Shown in pieces: positions 51,360 to 61,059 of a stretch of 64,000 nt of DNA (positions are counted from its first letter, which is position 1; the number at the start of each line of letters is the position of its first letter). Source of the DNA: Obrimoposthia wandeli (lineage: Eukaryota); NCBI GenBank assembly GCA_977020255.1, contig CDROCS010001647.1, positions 1 through 64,000 on the forward strand, read 5' to 3'. The notes beneath the pieces are model-generated. The model ran no database searches, was not told the origin of the DNA, and saw nothing but the letters and a program-made list of their open reading frames with translations. A program made the translations under genes and the position numbers.

Positions 51360-51455
51360 TAGAATTTAAATACATTTAAAACCTGACGAGAATGATGTTT
51401 ATTTCACTTATGTTAAAAACATCTTGACCAAAATATGTAGAACGCTTAGTGTTGT

Positions 51456-51507
51456 GGCTATCTGGAAGTCCAGAAGTTTGACCATCCATGGGGTTGTTGA
51501 ATATAAT
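51456..51507 (+). promoter_or_regulatory. Tandem Met boxes (MetJ operator) overlapping the metB promoter
   Basis: GGCTATCT GGAAGTCC AGAAGTTT (8-bp period; 4, 5 and 6 of 8 matches to AGACGTCT); TTGACC 51478-83, 18 nt, TATAAT 51502-07. Confidence 0.7.
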
Positions 51508-51540
51508 TATGACCACGGTTGTCGAATACAGGGAAAAAGT

Positions 51541-52707
51541 ATGTCAAATGCCAAGATAAAAAGTATCACTACAGCAGCAGTGAGAGCAGGAATAAATACC
51601 GATGAACATCATGGTGCTGTCGTTGCTCCCATTCATTTATCAAGTACTTATTCATTAAAAGGCTTTAATGATAAACGTCAGTTTGACTATTCTCGTACGG
51701 GAAATCCAACGAGAGCAACGTTTGCACAAGCCGTTGCTGATTTAGAGCAAGGCTGCGTAGGTATTGTTACCAGTACCGGTATGTCAGCAGTGCATCTTCT
51801 TTGTCAGTTATTGTCGACAGATGACTTAGTGGTTATTCCTCATGATTGTTATGGTGGTAGTTTCCGTTTATTTACTCATTTAGCTAAACGTGGTCAATTT
51901 AAACTGATTGTTGTTGATCAAAATGATCAAGTCGCATTAGCCAAAGCATTAGTTGAAAAACCTAAGTTAGTGTTACTTGAAAGTCCAAGTAATCCATTGT
52001 TACGCTTAGTTGATATTGAGGCGGTTACTAAAGCGTGTCACGAGGTCGGAGCCTTGGTTGCGGTAGATAACACCTTCCTTTCCCCTGCGTTACAACAACC
52101 GTTAGGGCTAGGCGCTGATATTGTTTTTCACTCTACGACGAAATACATTAATGGCCATAGTGATGTGGTTGGTGGTGTTTTAGTGACTAAAGAACAAGCC
52201 CTAGGTGAAAAACTAGCTTGGTGGGCAAACTGCATTGGCATTACAGGTAGCGCTTTTGATAGCTTTTTAGCGTTACGAGGCCTAAAAACGTTACCGATTC
52301 GGATGAAGCAACACCAAGAGAATGCGTTGCAAGTGGCGAGCTTTTTAAAGTCTCATCATGCTATTGATGCCGTGTATTTTCCAGGTTTTGAAGATCACCC
52401 AGGCCATGATATTGCTAAAAAGCAGCAGGCTGGTTTTGGCGCGATGCTCAGTTTTAATGTTAAAGGTGGCGAAGCGGCAGTGAAAAAATTATTTGCTAAC
52501 CTAGAGCTGTTTACGTTAGCGCAGTCATTAGGTGGTGTTGAAAGTCTTATTTCTCATCCAGCCACAATGACGCATGCTGGCATGGAAGAAAGTGCTCGTC
52601 TTGCTGCTGGTATTACAAATTCACTCGTCAGAATTTCTGTTGGTATTGAAGATATAGATGATATCTTAGCCGACTTAGCAAATGGCTTAACTCAGAGCCA
52701 GTTATAG
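51541..52707 (+). CDS. metB: Cystathionine gamma-synthase
   Basis: YSRTGNPTR, LESPSNP, VDNTF, HSTTKYINGHSD (PLP lysine), SLGGVESLI. Confidence 0.93.
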   Translation: MSNAKIKSITTAAVRAGINTDEHHGAVVAPIHLSSTYSLKGFNDKRQFDYSRTGNPTRATFAQAVADLEQGCVGIVTSTGMSAVHLLCQLLSTDDLVVIPHDCYGGSFRLFTHLAKRGQFKLIVVDQNDQVALAKALVEKPKLVLLESPSNPLLRLVDIEAVTKACHEVGALVAVDNTFLSPALQQPLGLGADIVFHSTTKYINGHSDVVGGVLVTKEQALGEKLAWWANCIGITGSAFDSFLALRGLKTLPIRMKQHQENALQVASFLKSHHAIDAVYFPGFEDHPGHDIAKKQQAGFGAMLSFNVKGGEAAVKKLFANLELFTLAQSLGGVESLISHPATMTHAGMEESARLAAGITNSLVRISVGIEDIDDILADLANGLTQSQL

Positions 52708-52751
52708 TTAATAGTTAATAGTTAATAGTTAATAGTTAATAGTTAATAGTT
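52705..52751. repeat. Tandem repeat (TAGTTAA)x6.7
   Basis: The first unit supplies the metB TAG stop; followed by hairpin AAAATAGGGTGAT-N4-ATCACCCTATTTT (52767-52796). Confidence 0.95.
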
Positions 52752-52864
52752 TAGGGCTGAGAGTTTAAAATAGGGTGATAACAATCACCCTATTTTATTG
52801 TGGGTCGTACCGGATTGAAAATAGGATATAATACCGACCTCTTATCTTTATAATAGAAACCCGC

Positions 52865-53188
52865 ATGACACAGCCAACTACCATGACCTTCTTTGAACGC
52901 TTTGAAACCGATATTCTTAGCGGTAAAAAAACCATTACCATTCGTGATGAATCTGAAAATAACTATGTTCCGGGTTCGACTGTGACGGTTTCTACATTAG
53001 AAGGAGGACGTGAATTTTGCCAACTATCCATCCTCTCTGTAGAACCTATTTTATTTTCAGCACTATCTGATTTTCATGCAGAGCAAGAAAACATGACATT
53101 AGCTGTACTGAAAGCAGTGATCCAAGATATTTACCCAGGTATTGAACAGTTATATGTGGTGTCTTATAAGCTTGTTGGTTCAGCTTAA
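52865..53188 (+). CDS. yqfB: ASCH-domain N4-acetylcytidine amidohydrolase
   Basis: TFFERFETDILSGKKTITIRD..E, HAEQENM.L..LK.VI..IYPG. Confidence 0.92.
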   Translation: MTQPTTMTFFERFETDILSGKKTITIRDESENNYVPGSTVTVSTLEGGREFCQLSILSVEPILFSALSDFHAEQENMTLAVLKAVIQDIYPGIEQLYVVSYKLVGSA

Positions 53189-54123
53189 GCACTCACTTTT
53201 AGCACTATTTTTCCACGTGCGCGCTGTGACTCACTGAGTGCATGTGCTTGTTTCACCTCTTCAAGTGGAAATACGCTATCTATGTGTACGTTCATTTGAC
53301 CATTATCGATGAGTGCTGCAATACTTTGCAGATCGGCCGCGCTTGGCGTTACCCACCAACGTTGAGCATTGATGTTTTTTGCTGTTGCGGCAGCGATATC
53401 GACGTCATCCAGTAGGGAAACCAATTCTCCACCGTTTTTAATGATTTGTAATGAACGCTGTAAGATATCGTCGCCACCGACAGCAGCAAGCACGCTATTT
53501 ACTTCACCCTTGATAACGTCTTCAAAACGCTGAGAGCGGTAATCGATGAATTCGTCCACACCTAAGCTTTTTATAAAATCAGCTTTTGATGCCGACGCAG
53601 TGCCGATGACATACGCACCCAGTGATTTCGCTATTTGCACAGCAAAACTGCCAACACCACCTGATGCATTATGGATGAGTATGCGCTCACCAGCTTTTAA
53701 TTTGCACCCATAAACAAGCGACTGCCAAGCAGTTGTCGCTGCAAGGGGAACCGCGGCCGCTGTTAACGTATCTATCGATTGCGGTTTCGCTGCCACCAGG
53801 TCGCTATCAACTGCAATATATTCTGCGTAAGCTCCTTGTTTCGCTATCGGCGCATAGGTAAATACGCTATCACCGACTGTGAAATTATGTACATCTTTGC
53901 CTATTTCGGCTATTTCACCTGCAGCGTCCCAACCGAGTATTAAAGGTAATTGGTGTTCTCCACTGTCTTGTAAAAAACCTTCTCTAACCATCCAGTCTAC
54001 AGGGTTAACAGCAGCGCCTTGTACTTTGATGAGTACTTGATTATCTGCAATTGTTGGTTTGGTTAATTGACCTAAAGTAAGTTGATTTGCATTTCCGTAT
54101 TGTTCGATATAAATAGCTTTCAT
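53185..54123 (-). CDS. NADP-dependent MDR/quinone oxidoreductase
   Basis: AAVNPVDW, LGWDAAG, GAYAEY, HNASGGVG, RARGKIVL. Confidence 0.93.
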   Translation of the reverse strand: MKAIYIEQYGNANQLTLGQLTKPTIADNQVLIKVQGAAVNPVDWMVREGFLQDSGEHQLPLILGWDAAGEIAEIGKDVHNFTVGDSVFTYAPIAKQGAYAEYIAVDSDLVAAKPQSIDTLTAAAVPLAATTAWQSLVYGCKLKAGERILIHNASGGVGSFAVQIAKSLGAYVIGTASASKADFIKSLGVDEFIDYRSQRFEDVIKGEVNSVLAAVGGDDILQRSLQIIKNGGELVSLLDDVDIAAATAKNINAQRWWVTPSAADLQSIAALIDNGQMNVHIDSVFPLEEVKQAHALSESQRARGKIVLKVSA

Positions 54124-54270
54124 GATTTGTTCCTGGTCTTGTTTAGTTGATATAGCTAATTTGCCAAAAAACATGCATACCGTCTAATTGATTGTTTGGA
54201 TGATATTCATTGATGTTAACAATATGTTAAACTGCGCTTATTGTTATCCTTACTTGGTAAACACAGAAAT

Positions 54271-55191
54271 ATGGCTAATGTAGATTTAAATTTGATGGTT
54301 ATTTTTGATGCCATCATGCAAGAGCAATCCATTACGCTTGCAGCACTGCGGTTATCGATGACACAGCCATCGGTGTCTAATGCCGTTTCTCGTATGCGGC
54401 ATGTTTGGAAGGATCCATTATTTGTTAAAAAAGGGCGCGGAATAAGACCGACGCCTTTTGCTGAATCTATGTGGAGAGAGATTGAGGCGCCCTTACATTC
54501 GATAAGAAATGCTACTCAGCAACAGGCATTCGATATCCGTGATATCAAACGCACTTTTCGTATCGCGCTAACGGATTGGATGGTTGATATATTTTGGCTA
54601 CCATTACGGCAGCTGATTGAAGCGCAAGCTCCAGATATTAATATTCATGCGGTCCCTTACACTGTCAACGGGGAACGATTATTGCTGGATGCCGATGTTG
54701 ACATGGTGCTCGATTATTACGAAGGCAGTAATGAGAGAGTGAAAACGCAGTGGTTGTTTGATAATCATTTTGTCTGCGCAATGCGGCCCGAACATCCGTT
54801 GGTCAATCAATCATTGGACTTGGCTACATTTGCGAACGCGGAGCATTTATTGATGTCATTGTCGGGTGATGCATCGGGCGGTGTCGATACGATATTAAGC
54901 AAACATAGCCTTGAACGGCGTATCGCGATGACGGTTAATCACTGTTATAACTTACCGAAGTTACTGGAACACACTGACTTGATCACTACAATTCCGCTCC
55001 CCGTGATCTTAGACAGCGTTAAGTCGGGTAGGTTAGTTGTCCGCAAGTTACCTTTTGATTTAGCACCGGGGCCGATATCAATGTCTTGGCACTTACGTAA
55101 TGATCGTGATCCAGCGTTGTTGTGGTTAAGAACACAGGTATTACAAGTGTTGGAGACGCACTTACATCCTCGATTAGAATCTGTTTTATAG
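54271..55191 (+). CDS. LysR family regulator (divergent from oxidoreductase)
   Basis: DLNLMVIFDAIMQEQSITLAA.RLSMTQPSVSNAVSRMR. Confidence 0.95.
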   Translation: MANVDLNLMVIFDAIMQEQSITLAALRLSMTQPSVSNAVSRMRHVWKDPLFVKKGRGIRPTPFAESMWREIEAPLHSIRNATQQQAFDIRDIKRTFRIALTDWMVDIFWLPLRQLIEAQAPDINIHAVPYTVNGERLLLDADVDMVLDYYEGSNERVKTQWLFDNHFVCAMRPEHPLVNQSLDLATFANAEHLLMSLSGDASGGVDTILSKHSLERRIAMTVNHCYNLPKLLEHTDLITTIPLPVILDSVKSGRLVVRKLPFDLAPGPISMSWHLRNDRDPALLWLRTQVLQVLETHLHPRLESVL

Positions 55192-55300
55192 TTATTGAGA
55201 TTAAGTGTTTTCACTTTATCTATAAGTGCCAAACCGGGCATTGATTATTATGGCTGAACAGGGATAATAGCCTTCTTTAGCTGATATAGAATCTCGTTGC

Positions 55301-56011
55301 ATGCGATTGGACAAGTTTGTTTGTAAAAGTACGATGCTAAGCCGAGCACAAGCTACGGCGGCGATCTGTGATGGTCACGTTGTGGTTAATCATGTTGTTA
55401 TTGTTGATGTCTCCACACAGGTTCATGAAGATAATCACATTTGCTTAAAGGGTGAAGTGCTAACAGCAAGAAAGTCGCGTTATATTCTCATGCACAAACC
55501 AGCTGATACTATTTGTTCTAATATTGATGAAGCTTACCCGTCATTATTTAATTATATCGATGTCGAAAATGCATCTGAACTTCATGTTGCTGGGCGTTTA
55601 GATGCCGATACAACAGGGCTGGTATTAGTGACCGATGATGGCCGTTGGTCATTTAATATTATTACCCCCACTAAACATTGTCAGAAAGTCTATCGGGTTG
55701 GATTATCACGCCCTATTAGTGATGATGTCGCGGCTAAATTTGCCCATGGCGTGCAATTACAAGGCGAACAGCAATTAACACGCCCGGCGATATTAGAGAT
55801 AGTGACACCAAAAGAAGTATTACTGACGATTACCGAAGGTAAGTTCCATCAAGTAAAACGTATGTTTGCGGCTGTCGGTAATCGAGTGGTGAGTTTACAC
55901 CGCGAAAGCATCGGCGCAATACAACTAGACATTGAAGTCGGGCAGTGGCGTTATTTAACGGATAATGAAGTGAACTCGTTTATAAATATAGCGGAGTCTA
56001 AAACATCATGA
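55301..56011 (+). CDS. rsuA: RsuA-family pseudouridine synthase (paralog)
   Basis: MRLDKFV S4 domain, HVAGRLDADTTGL, EGKFHQVKRMF. Confidence 0.9.
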   Translation: MRLDKFVCKSTMLSRAQATAAICDGHVVVNHVVIVDVSTQVHEDNHICLKGEVLTARKSRYILMHKPADTICSNIDEAYPSLFNYIDVENASELHVAGRLDADTTGLVLVTDDGRWSFNIITPTKHCQKVYRVGLSRPISDDVAAKFAHGVQLQGEQQLTRPAILEIVTPKEVLLTITEGKFHQVKRMFAAVGNRVVSLHRESIGAIQLDIEVGQWRYLTDNEVNSFINIAESKTS

Positions 56012-56880
56012 TTAATCCAATATTACTTCGCAGCTTTTGTACGCTGGTGGAAGTTGGCCATTTTACCCGTAGTGCCGAGCGTCTGAATATGACGCAATCC
56101 GGTATTAGTCAGCATATCCGTAAGCTAGAAGAGCAGCTTGGTCAAGATTTGCTTATTCGAGAAGGAAAGCAGTTTACTTTAACGGATGCGGGGCAGCGGT
56201 TATATACCGAGGGTAAACAGATCATTTATTCACTCTCCGAGCTAGAACAACGAGTGACAACAGATCCTGCTTTTGAAGGTCTGGTCAGGGTTATGTCACC
56301 GGGGAGTATTGGCTTGAAACTGTATCGTTATTTACTGACGTTACAAACACAGCATCCCAAATTGGTGATTGATTATCGCTTTGCACCCAATGCAACGATA
56401 GAAAAAGCCATTGCCGAGCATACGGTCGATATTGGTTTTATGACGAGTTCATCGACACTAGCGGAAGTGAGTTTGAAACCGATAGCGGAAGAAGCGCTGT
56501 TGTTAGTTACTCCTGCCGATATTGAAGAACCAAGTTGGCAAGCATTAATGCAATTAGGTTTTATCGACCACCCTGACGGTGCGTTCCACTCAAGTTTGTT
56601 ACTTGGGGCTAATTACCCAGAATTTAAACATTATAATCAGTTTAAAAAGGCCGGTTTTTCCAATCAAATAAGCCTGATTTTAGAGCCTGTGAGCTTAGGC
56701 CTTGGTTTTTCGGTATTACCAGCTTATGCGGTAGCAGACTTCCCTCATCCAGATAAAGTGAAGATCCACCACCTTAAAATCCCTGTTGCGGAAACACTAT
56801 ATCTTGGTGTTCACCTGAATAAATTTATGCCGAGTCGTGTTAACAGCGTAATCGTGGCGGCGAAGCAATGTTTAAAATAA
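56008..56880 (+). CDS. LysR family regulator, ATGA-coupled to rsuA
   Basis: GHFTRSAERLNMTQSGISQHIRKLE. Confidence 0.95.
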   Translation: MINPILLRSFCTLVEVGHFTRSAERLNMTQSGISQHIRKLEEQLGQDLLIREGKQFTLTDAGQRLYTEGKQIIYSLSELEQRVTTDPAFEGLVRVMSPGSIGLKLYRYLLTLQTQHPKLVIDYRFAPNATIEKAIAEHTVDIGFMTSSSTLAEVSLKPIAEEALLLVTPADIEEPSWQALMQLGFIDHPDGAFHSSLLLGANYPEFKHYNQFKKAGFSNQISLILEPVSLGLGFSVLPAYAVADFPHPDKVKIHHLKIPVAETLYLGVHLNKFMPSRVNSVIVAAKQCLK

Positions 56881-56915
56881 AGGTTTAGAGTCAGGTTTAC
56901 AGTCAGGTTTGCACT
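56881..56915. repeat. Degenerate 12-mer repeat (AGGTTTASAGTC)x3
   Basis: Starts at the base after the LysR stop. Confidence 0.7.
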
Positions 56916-56956
56916 AAGCGTTTGCAATAGGTATTAGAGTAAATATTGTTATTGCA

Positions 56957-56975
56957 AATGAGATGTATTACTATT
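56957..56975 (+). promoter_or_regulatory. Probable Fur box upstream of the ChaN gene
   Basis: AATGAGATGTATTACTATT vs AATGATAATnATTATCATT (13/18), consistent with heme/iron-related ChaN. Confidence 0.5.
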
Positions 56976-57001
56976 GGTGGTCGTTATTATTAGGGTGTTA
57001 T

Positions 57002-58036
57002 ATGTTTATTTTTCCGCAACTATCTTCTCCATCTTTACTCGTACTAAAAAATTATAAATGCAGTGTCATCAGTATTTTAATGGCCTCAGCACTGGCTGGT
57101 TGTAGTACCTATCCATCTTCAGAAAAACCTTTAATAGAAACGGTTAAATCAGAAGTAACTACTTACTTTGATTATAATTTACAGTCTCCATCTGGTCAGG
57201 ATATTAATGTAACTGATTTTGTTGAGCAGATTAAAGATGCTGATGTCGTGCTGGTGGGTGAGTGGCATACGCATACCGGTATCCATCGTTTTCAAACCGC
57301 CTTATTACAAGCTATGCTGGCAGATAATGACAATGTCACATTATCAATGGAGCAATTCACTCGTGATAACCAGGCTATTGTGAATACTTACTTAGCTGGC
57401 GAGATAGGTGAGGGCACATTAATAAAGCAGGGTAACGCATGGCCAAATTACACCAGTGATTACCGCCCATTAGTGGAACTGGCAAAAGCTAACAACATTG
57501 ATATTATTGCTGCCAATGCACCTAAACAAATTATCCGCTGTATCGCCAAAGAAGGGATTAGCTATATTGATAAATTACCGGCAGATGAACGCGTTTGGCT
57601 AGCTGAAAATATTAATACGCAAGATTCACCTTATAAAACCCATTTTATGGCCTCGATGCATCATGGTGATGAAAGCCAAAATGAAAGTAAATTTGCTTCG
57701 CAAGTGACGTGGGATGAAACCATGGCTGAGAGTATCGTTAATTATTTATCAGACGATTTAAATGCAGGTAAACAAGTGTTACACATCGCTGGTAAATTCC
57801 ATACTGAAAATGGCTTGGGAACAGCAGCGAGTATTCTGGCTCGCGCACCGGAATTAAAAGTCGTCATCGTCACGCCTGTTGATGTAAATAGCGTACTTGC
57901 TGATACTAAAGACAAGGCAAGCGATTATCGATTACAAGTGATTACGCCACCGAAGCAATTCGTGAAAAAAGCAAACATGATGGCGTCATTTAAAGACTTA
58001 TCTAAGCGTAATGATAAGTTAACGTGTATTGAATAA
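57002..58036 (+). CDS. ChaN/PhuW family heme-associated lipoprotein
   Basis: Lipobox LAGC, DVVLVGEWH, SMEQF, YRPLVE.AK, IIAANAP, WDETMAESI, HIAGKFH; start uncertain. Confidence 0.88.
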   Translation: MFIFPQLSSPSLLVLKNYKCSVISILMASALAGCSTYPSSEKPLIETVKSEVTTYFDYNLQSPSGQDINVTDFVEQIKDADVVLVGEWHTHTGIHRFQTALLQAMLADNDNVTLSMEQFTRDNQAIVNTYLAGEIGEGTLIKQGNAWPNYTSDYRPLVELAKANNIDIIAANAPKQIIRCIAKEGISYIDKLPADERVWLAENINTQDSPYKTHFMASMHHGDESQNESKFASQVTWDETMAESIVNYLSDDLNAGKQVLHIAGKFHTENGLGTAASILARAPELKVVIVTPVDVNSVLADTKDKASDYRLQVITPPKQFVKKANMMASFKDLSKRNDKLTCIE

Positions 58037-58057
58037 AGCGCTGTTAGATGCTTTTAT

Positions 58058-58999
58058 TTAACTGGTTTTAGCTGTCGAGCAGGATGAAGAGTCCTGCTTG
58101 ATACAACGTGCTAAAATAGCAATAACAACAAAACCAAACAGCAAGCGTCCCCATAAAATAGACATTAGATCAGCACCTAATAATAAAATCAAAATGGTAT
58201 CTTCAATCATGCTGTGAGCCAATCCTAAAAAGCACACGGCGAGGAAAATATCACGCTTACTGATTCTTCCTGTACGCGCTTCATCAATTAATAATCCAGC
58301 GCCAAAACTAAGCCCCAGTACTAAGCCGATGACACAGACATTGGTGGTTTCCTTACCTATGGTTAAAGCTTTTAAAAACGGTGATAATAAGGTTTGCATC
58401 AGTTTTTCGATACCACACCATTTTAATAACCGCAGTAATATCATTAACGCGGCAATAATAAAGAAGATAGAAAATAGCATGCTGAGTTGTGCCATCGTCC
58501 AATCAAATAAACTTGAAGACGCAGGCGTTGGCTGCCAAACAATGACCGCAGGCTGTTGTTGCCAATTACCTAATTGATAGACTTGATTAGCGATCATACC
58601 GAGGATAAAACCACCGCCAATACGCAAAGGCAGGGTGACACGCCAAGATACACCCGATAATTTAGCTACCGCGCCTTCCACAGGTAAGGCGTGAGCCAGT
58701 AACATCATGATGCCTAGTACTGATACTTGCGCCACCGTTAATGGACTATCACCCGCTAAATCAAAATAGACCGCCATACCGGTATAGATATTGGTAAGCA
58801 TAGCGGTTGCCCATACCAAGCCCATTTCTTCCGGTAAGCCAACTAGGCTCATTAACGGCGCGAGTAGTTTGGCTAACCATTGCGTACCGCCGAGCATGTC
58901 TAATATTTTGACGATAATAAGTGCTGGCACCATCACTTTAAGTAATGTGAGATAAACGCGCCAGACATCGAGAAATAATGATTTTAAGGTCGTGAACAT
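58058..58999 (-). CDS. Nucleoside-recognition (Gate) domain membrane protein
   Basis: LAPLMSLVGLP, MLTNIY, AHALPVE, AHSMIEDT; divergent from Lrp. Confidence 0.75.
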   Translation of the reverse strand: MFTTLKSLFLDVWRVYLTLLKVMVPALIIVKILDMLGGTQWLAKLLAPLMSLVGLPEEMGLVWATAMLTNIYTGMAVYFDLAGDSPLTVAQVSVLGIMMLLAHALPVEGAVAKLSGVSWRVTLPLRIGGGFILGMIANQVYQLGNWQQQPAVIVWQPTPASSSLFDWTMAQLSMLFSIFFIIAALMILLRLLKWCGIEKLMQTLLSPFLKALTIGKETTNVCVIGLVLGLSFGAGLLIDEARTGRISKRDIFLAVCFLGLAHSMIEDTILILLLGADLMSILWGRLLFGFVVIAILARCIKQDSSSCSTAKTS

Positions 59000-59150
59000 G
59001 TGTTTGCTTCCTAGCTGCTAGATGAAATTGATATTGCTAATAAATAATGCTGTTTGATGTAACTAATTATATTCAACTGACTAGAAATTATTTCAAAGTT
59101 AACGTACAAATGTTTATATAAATTTCTTATTTACTAGGCGTTAGTTAATT

Positions 59151-59615
59151 ATGTTTCTCGACAGGATTGATAAAGCAATATTACGTCAGCTGCAGCAAGA
59201 TGCTTCGGTGAGTAATTTACAATTAGCCTCACTGGTTGGTCTTTCTCCTCCAGCTTGTTTTAAACGAGTGAAAAAATTAAAAAGTGCAGGTGTCATTGCC
59301 AGTCAAGTGGTACTGCTTGACCAAGATAAACTAGGTGCGTGCTTGCACATGATTGTGAGTGTGGAAATGGAAAGAGACCGTTTAGATTTGAATGATGGTT
59401 TTATTAAACGTATTCGCCTATCGCCTGAAGTCAGAGAGTGTTATCAAGTCACAGGTGGAATTGATTTTGTGCTATTGGTGACTGTTGCGAATATGCCTGA
59501 CTATGAAGATTTTTGTCAGCGTCATTTGTATAGCGAGGCGAATATGAAAAACTTTAAAACGCAGATATCAATGAACCGAGTTAAATATGATACCTGCGCT
59601 GTTATTCCTGATTAG
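59151..59615 (+). CDS. Lrp/AsnC family regulator
   Basis: LDRIDKAILRQLQQDA..SNLQLA..VGLSP, CYQVTG..DFVL. Confidence 0.95.
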   Translation: MFLDRIDKAILRQLQQDASVSNLQLASLVGLSPPACFKRVKKLKSAGVIASQVVLLDQDKLGACLHMIVSVEMERDRLDLNDGFIKRIRLSPEVRECYQVTGGIDFVLLVTVANMPDYEDFCQRHLYSEANMKNFKTQISMNRVKYDTCAVIPD

Positions 59616-59631
59616 GGTATTAACGAGCAGG

Positions 59632-60270
59632 TTATAGCAATGCTTGTTTGATAAATGAGGCCATGCCCTCGATCGTTGCTTGTAAATGTGCTTGATGAGT
59701 AAAGCCACTTTTCACTCGTGGTTTTAAATCATGATCGCCATCTGTTAACCACAAAAATTCAATGTCTGCTGGCAAACCATAACTGGCTACTTCTTCTCTA
59801 GTACCTAACTTATCACGATCGCCTTGGGCGATAAAAACGGGTTGCTGGATCAATGGAAAATGTTCAGTACGCAGTGATTCAGGTTTATTGGCCGGATGAA
59901 AAGGAAAACCTAAACAGGCAATACCTTTTATCTTTGCGTTAACCGTTAATTCATCTGTGCTAGCGTCGGATGCGACTAATGACGCCATGCGTCCACCCAT
60001 AGACTTTCCGCCGATCACCATTGGCTGATCAATACTGGCAATCAATTGCTGGAACTGGGCGATTAATTTTGGCGCGCGCTCTGGTGGGCGACGCGTGCCA
60101 TTATCAACACGTTGTTGCATGTAAGGAAAGTTGAAACGTGCAACTCGAATACCGTGCAGCGCGAGTCCTTTAGCAATAGTTTCCATCACGTCAGAAGTTG
60201 CGGGTGCACCAGCGCCGTGCGCAAATACAAATAATGGGCCATCGACAGGGCCGTTATAAATGAGTTCCAT
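59632..60270 (-). CDS. Alpha/beta hydrolase (KANL3/Tex30-like)
   Basis: FAHGAGA, GGKSMGG nucleophile elbow, GFPFHP, QGDRD, DGDHDL. Confidence 0.9.
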   Translation of the reverse strand: MELIYNGPVDGPLFVFAHGAGAPATSDVMETIAKGLALHGIRVARFNFPYMQQRVDNGTRRPPERAPKLIAQFQQLIASIDQPMVIGGKSMGGRMASLVASDASTDELTVNAKIKGIACLGFPFHPANKPESLRTEHFPLIQQPVFIAQGDRDKLGTREEVASYGLPADIEFLWLTDGDHDLKPRVKSGFTHQAHLQATIEGMASFIKQALL

Positions 60271-60482
60271 AATATTCCTATGCTCTGAATCGTATCTAAG
60301 TGAGGTACCGCGTTAAAAAATCATTATACGTGATTGCGAATAGAAGCCTAACAATCTCATTAGATTAGCGCCGTAGACGGTAAAAATAATAAGTGCTAGT
60401 GTTAATTAACTTGAGCTTTAACTGCTCTGTACTTTAATACCTAGAAATTTAACTGTAATAACGGAACGTGGAGAGATAACAC

Positions 60483-60860
60483 ATGGAAATGTATGATTCA
60501 GTCAATGTATTTGGGGAAAAGTTAGCGTTATGTGGCGATGATCCTATCACTGGTTTTTATCGCGATGGCGCCTGTAATACCTGCAGTCAAGATGCGGGAT
60601 CGCACACAGTGTGTATTGAAGTGTCAGTTGAATTCTTAGAGTATTCACGTTTTAAGGGCAATGATTTATCCACCGCTGTACCAGAATCTGGTTTTCCAGG
60701 TTTACGCGCAGGAGATCGCTGGTGTTTGTGTGCCGCACGCTGGTTACAAGCATTGGAAGAAAATATGGCGCCGAGAGTGTATTTGCAAAGAACACACATT
60801 AAAGCATTAGAAATTGTGCCGATGGAATTACTTAAACGTTATTCAATGGACTTGAGCTGA
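60483..60860 (+). CDS. DUF2237 family protein
   Basis: NVFGEKL..C..DP.TGFYRDG.C, G.H.VC, PGL..GDRWCLCA.RW. Confidence 0.92.
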   Translation: MEMYDSVNVFGEKLALCGDDPITGFYRDGACNTCSQDAGSHTVCIEVSVEFLEYSRFKGNDLSTAVPESGFPGLRAGDRWCLCAARWLQALEENMAPRVYLQRTHIKALEIVPMELLKRYSMDLS

Positions 60861-61059
60861 ATAATTAAAATATAACCTTAAATTTACACCGCAAATACCT
60901 TTACGAACTATAGATTACTGACATTCTCTTACAGTTCTTTTGTTTTCCATCAGGTATTTCGGGTGTATATATGACCACTAGTTTGTTTTATTTCAGTCAT
61001 TAATTCCGTTGGACGAGCAATCGTACTTGGTGTGATGGGACTGTAATATTGAGTGAGTA

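Noticed and set aside
25133-52751. Tandem repeats as CRISPR arrays
   Set aside because: Units are 6-13 nt, head-to-tail with no spacers, and there are no cas genes.
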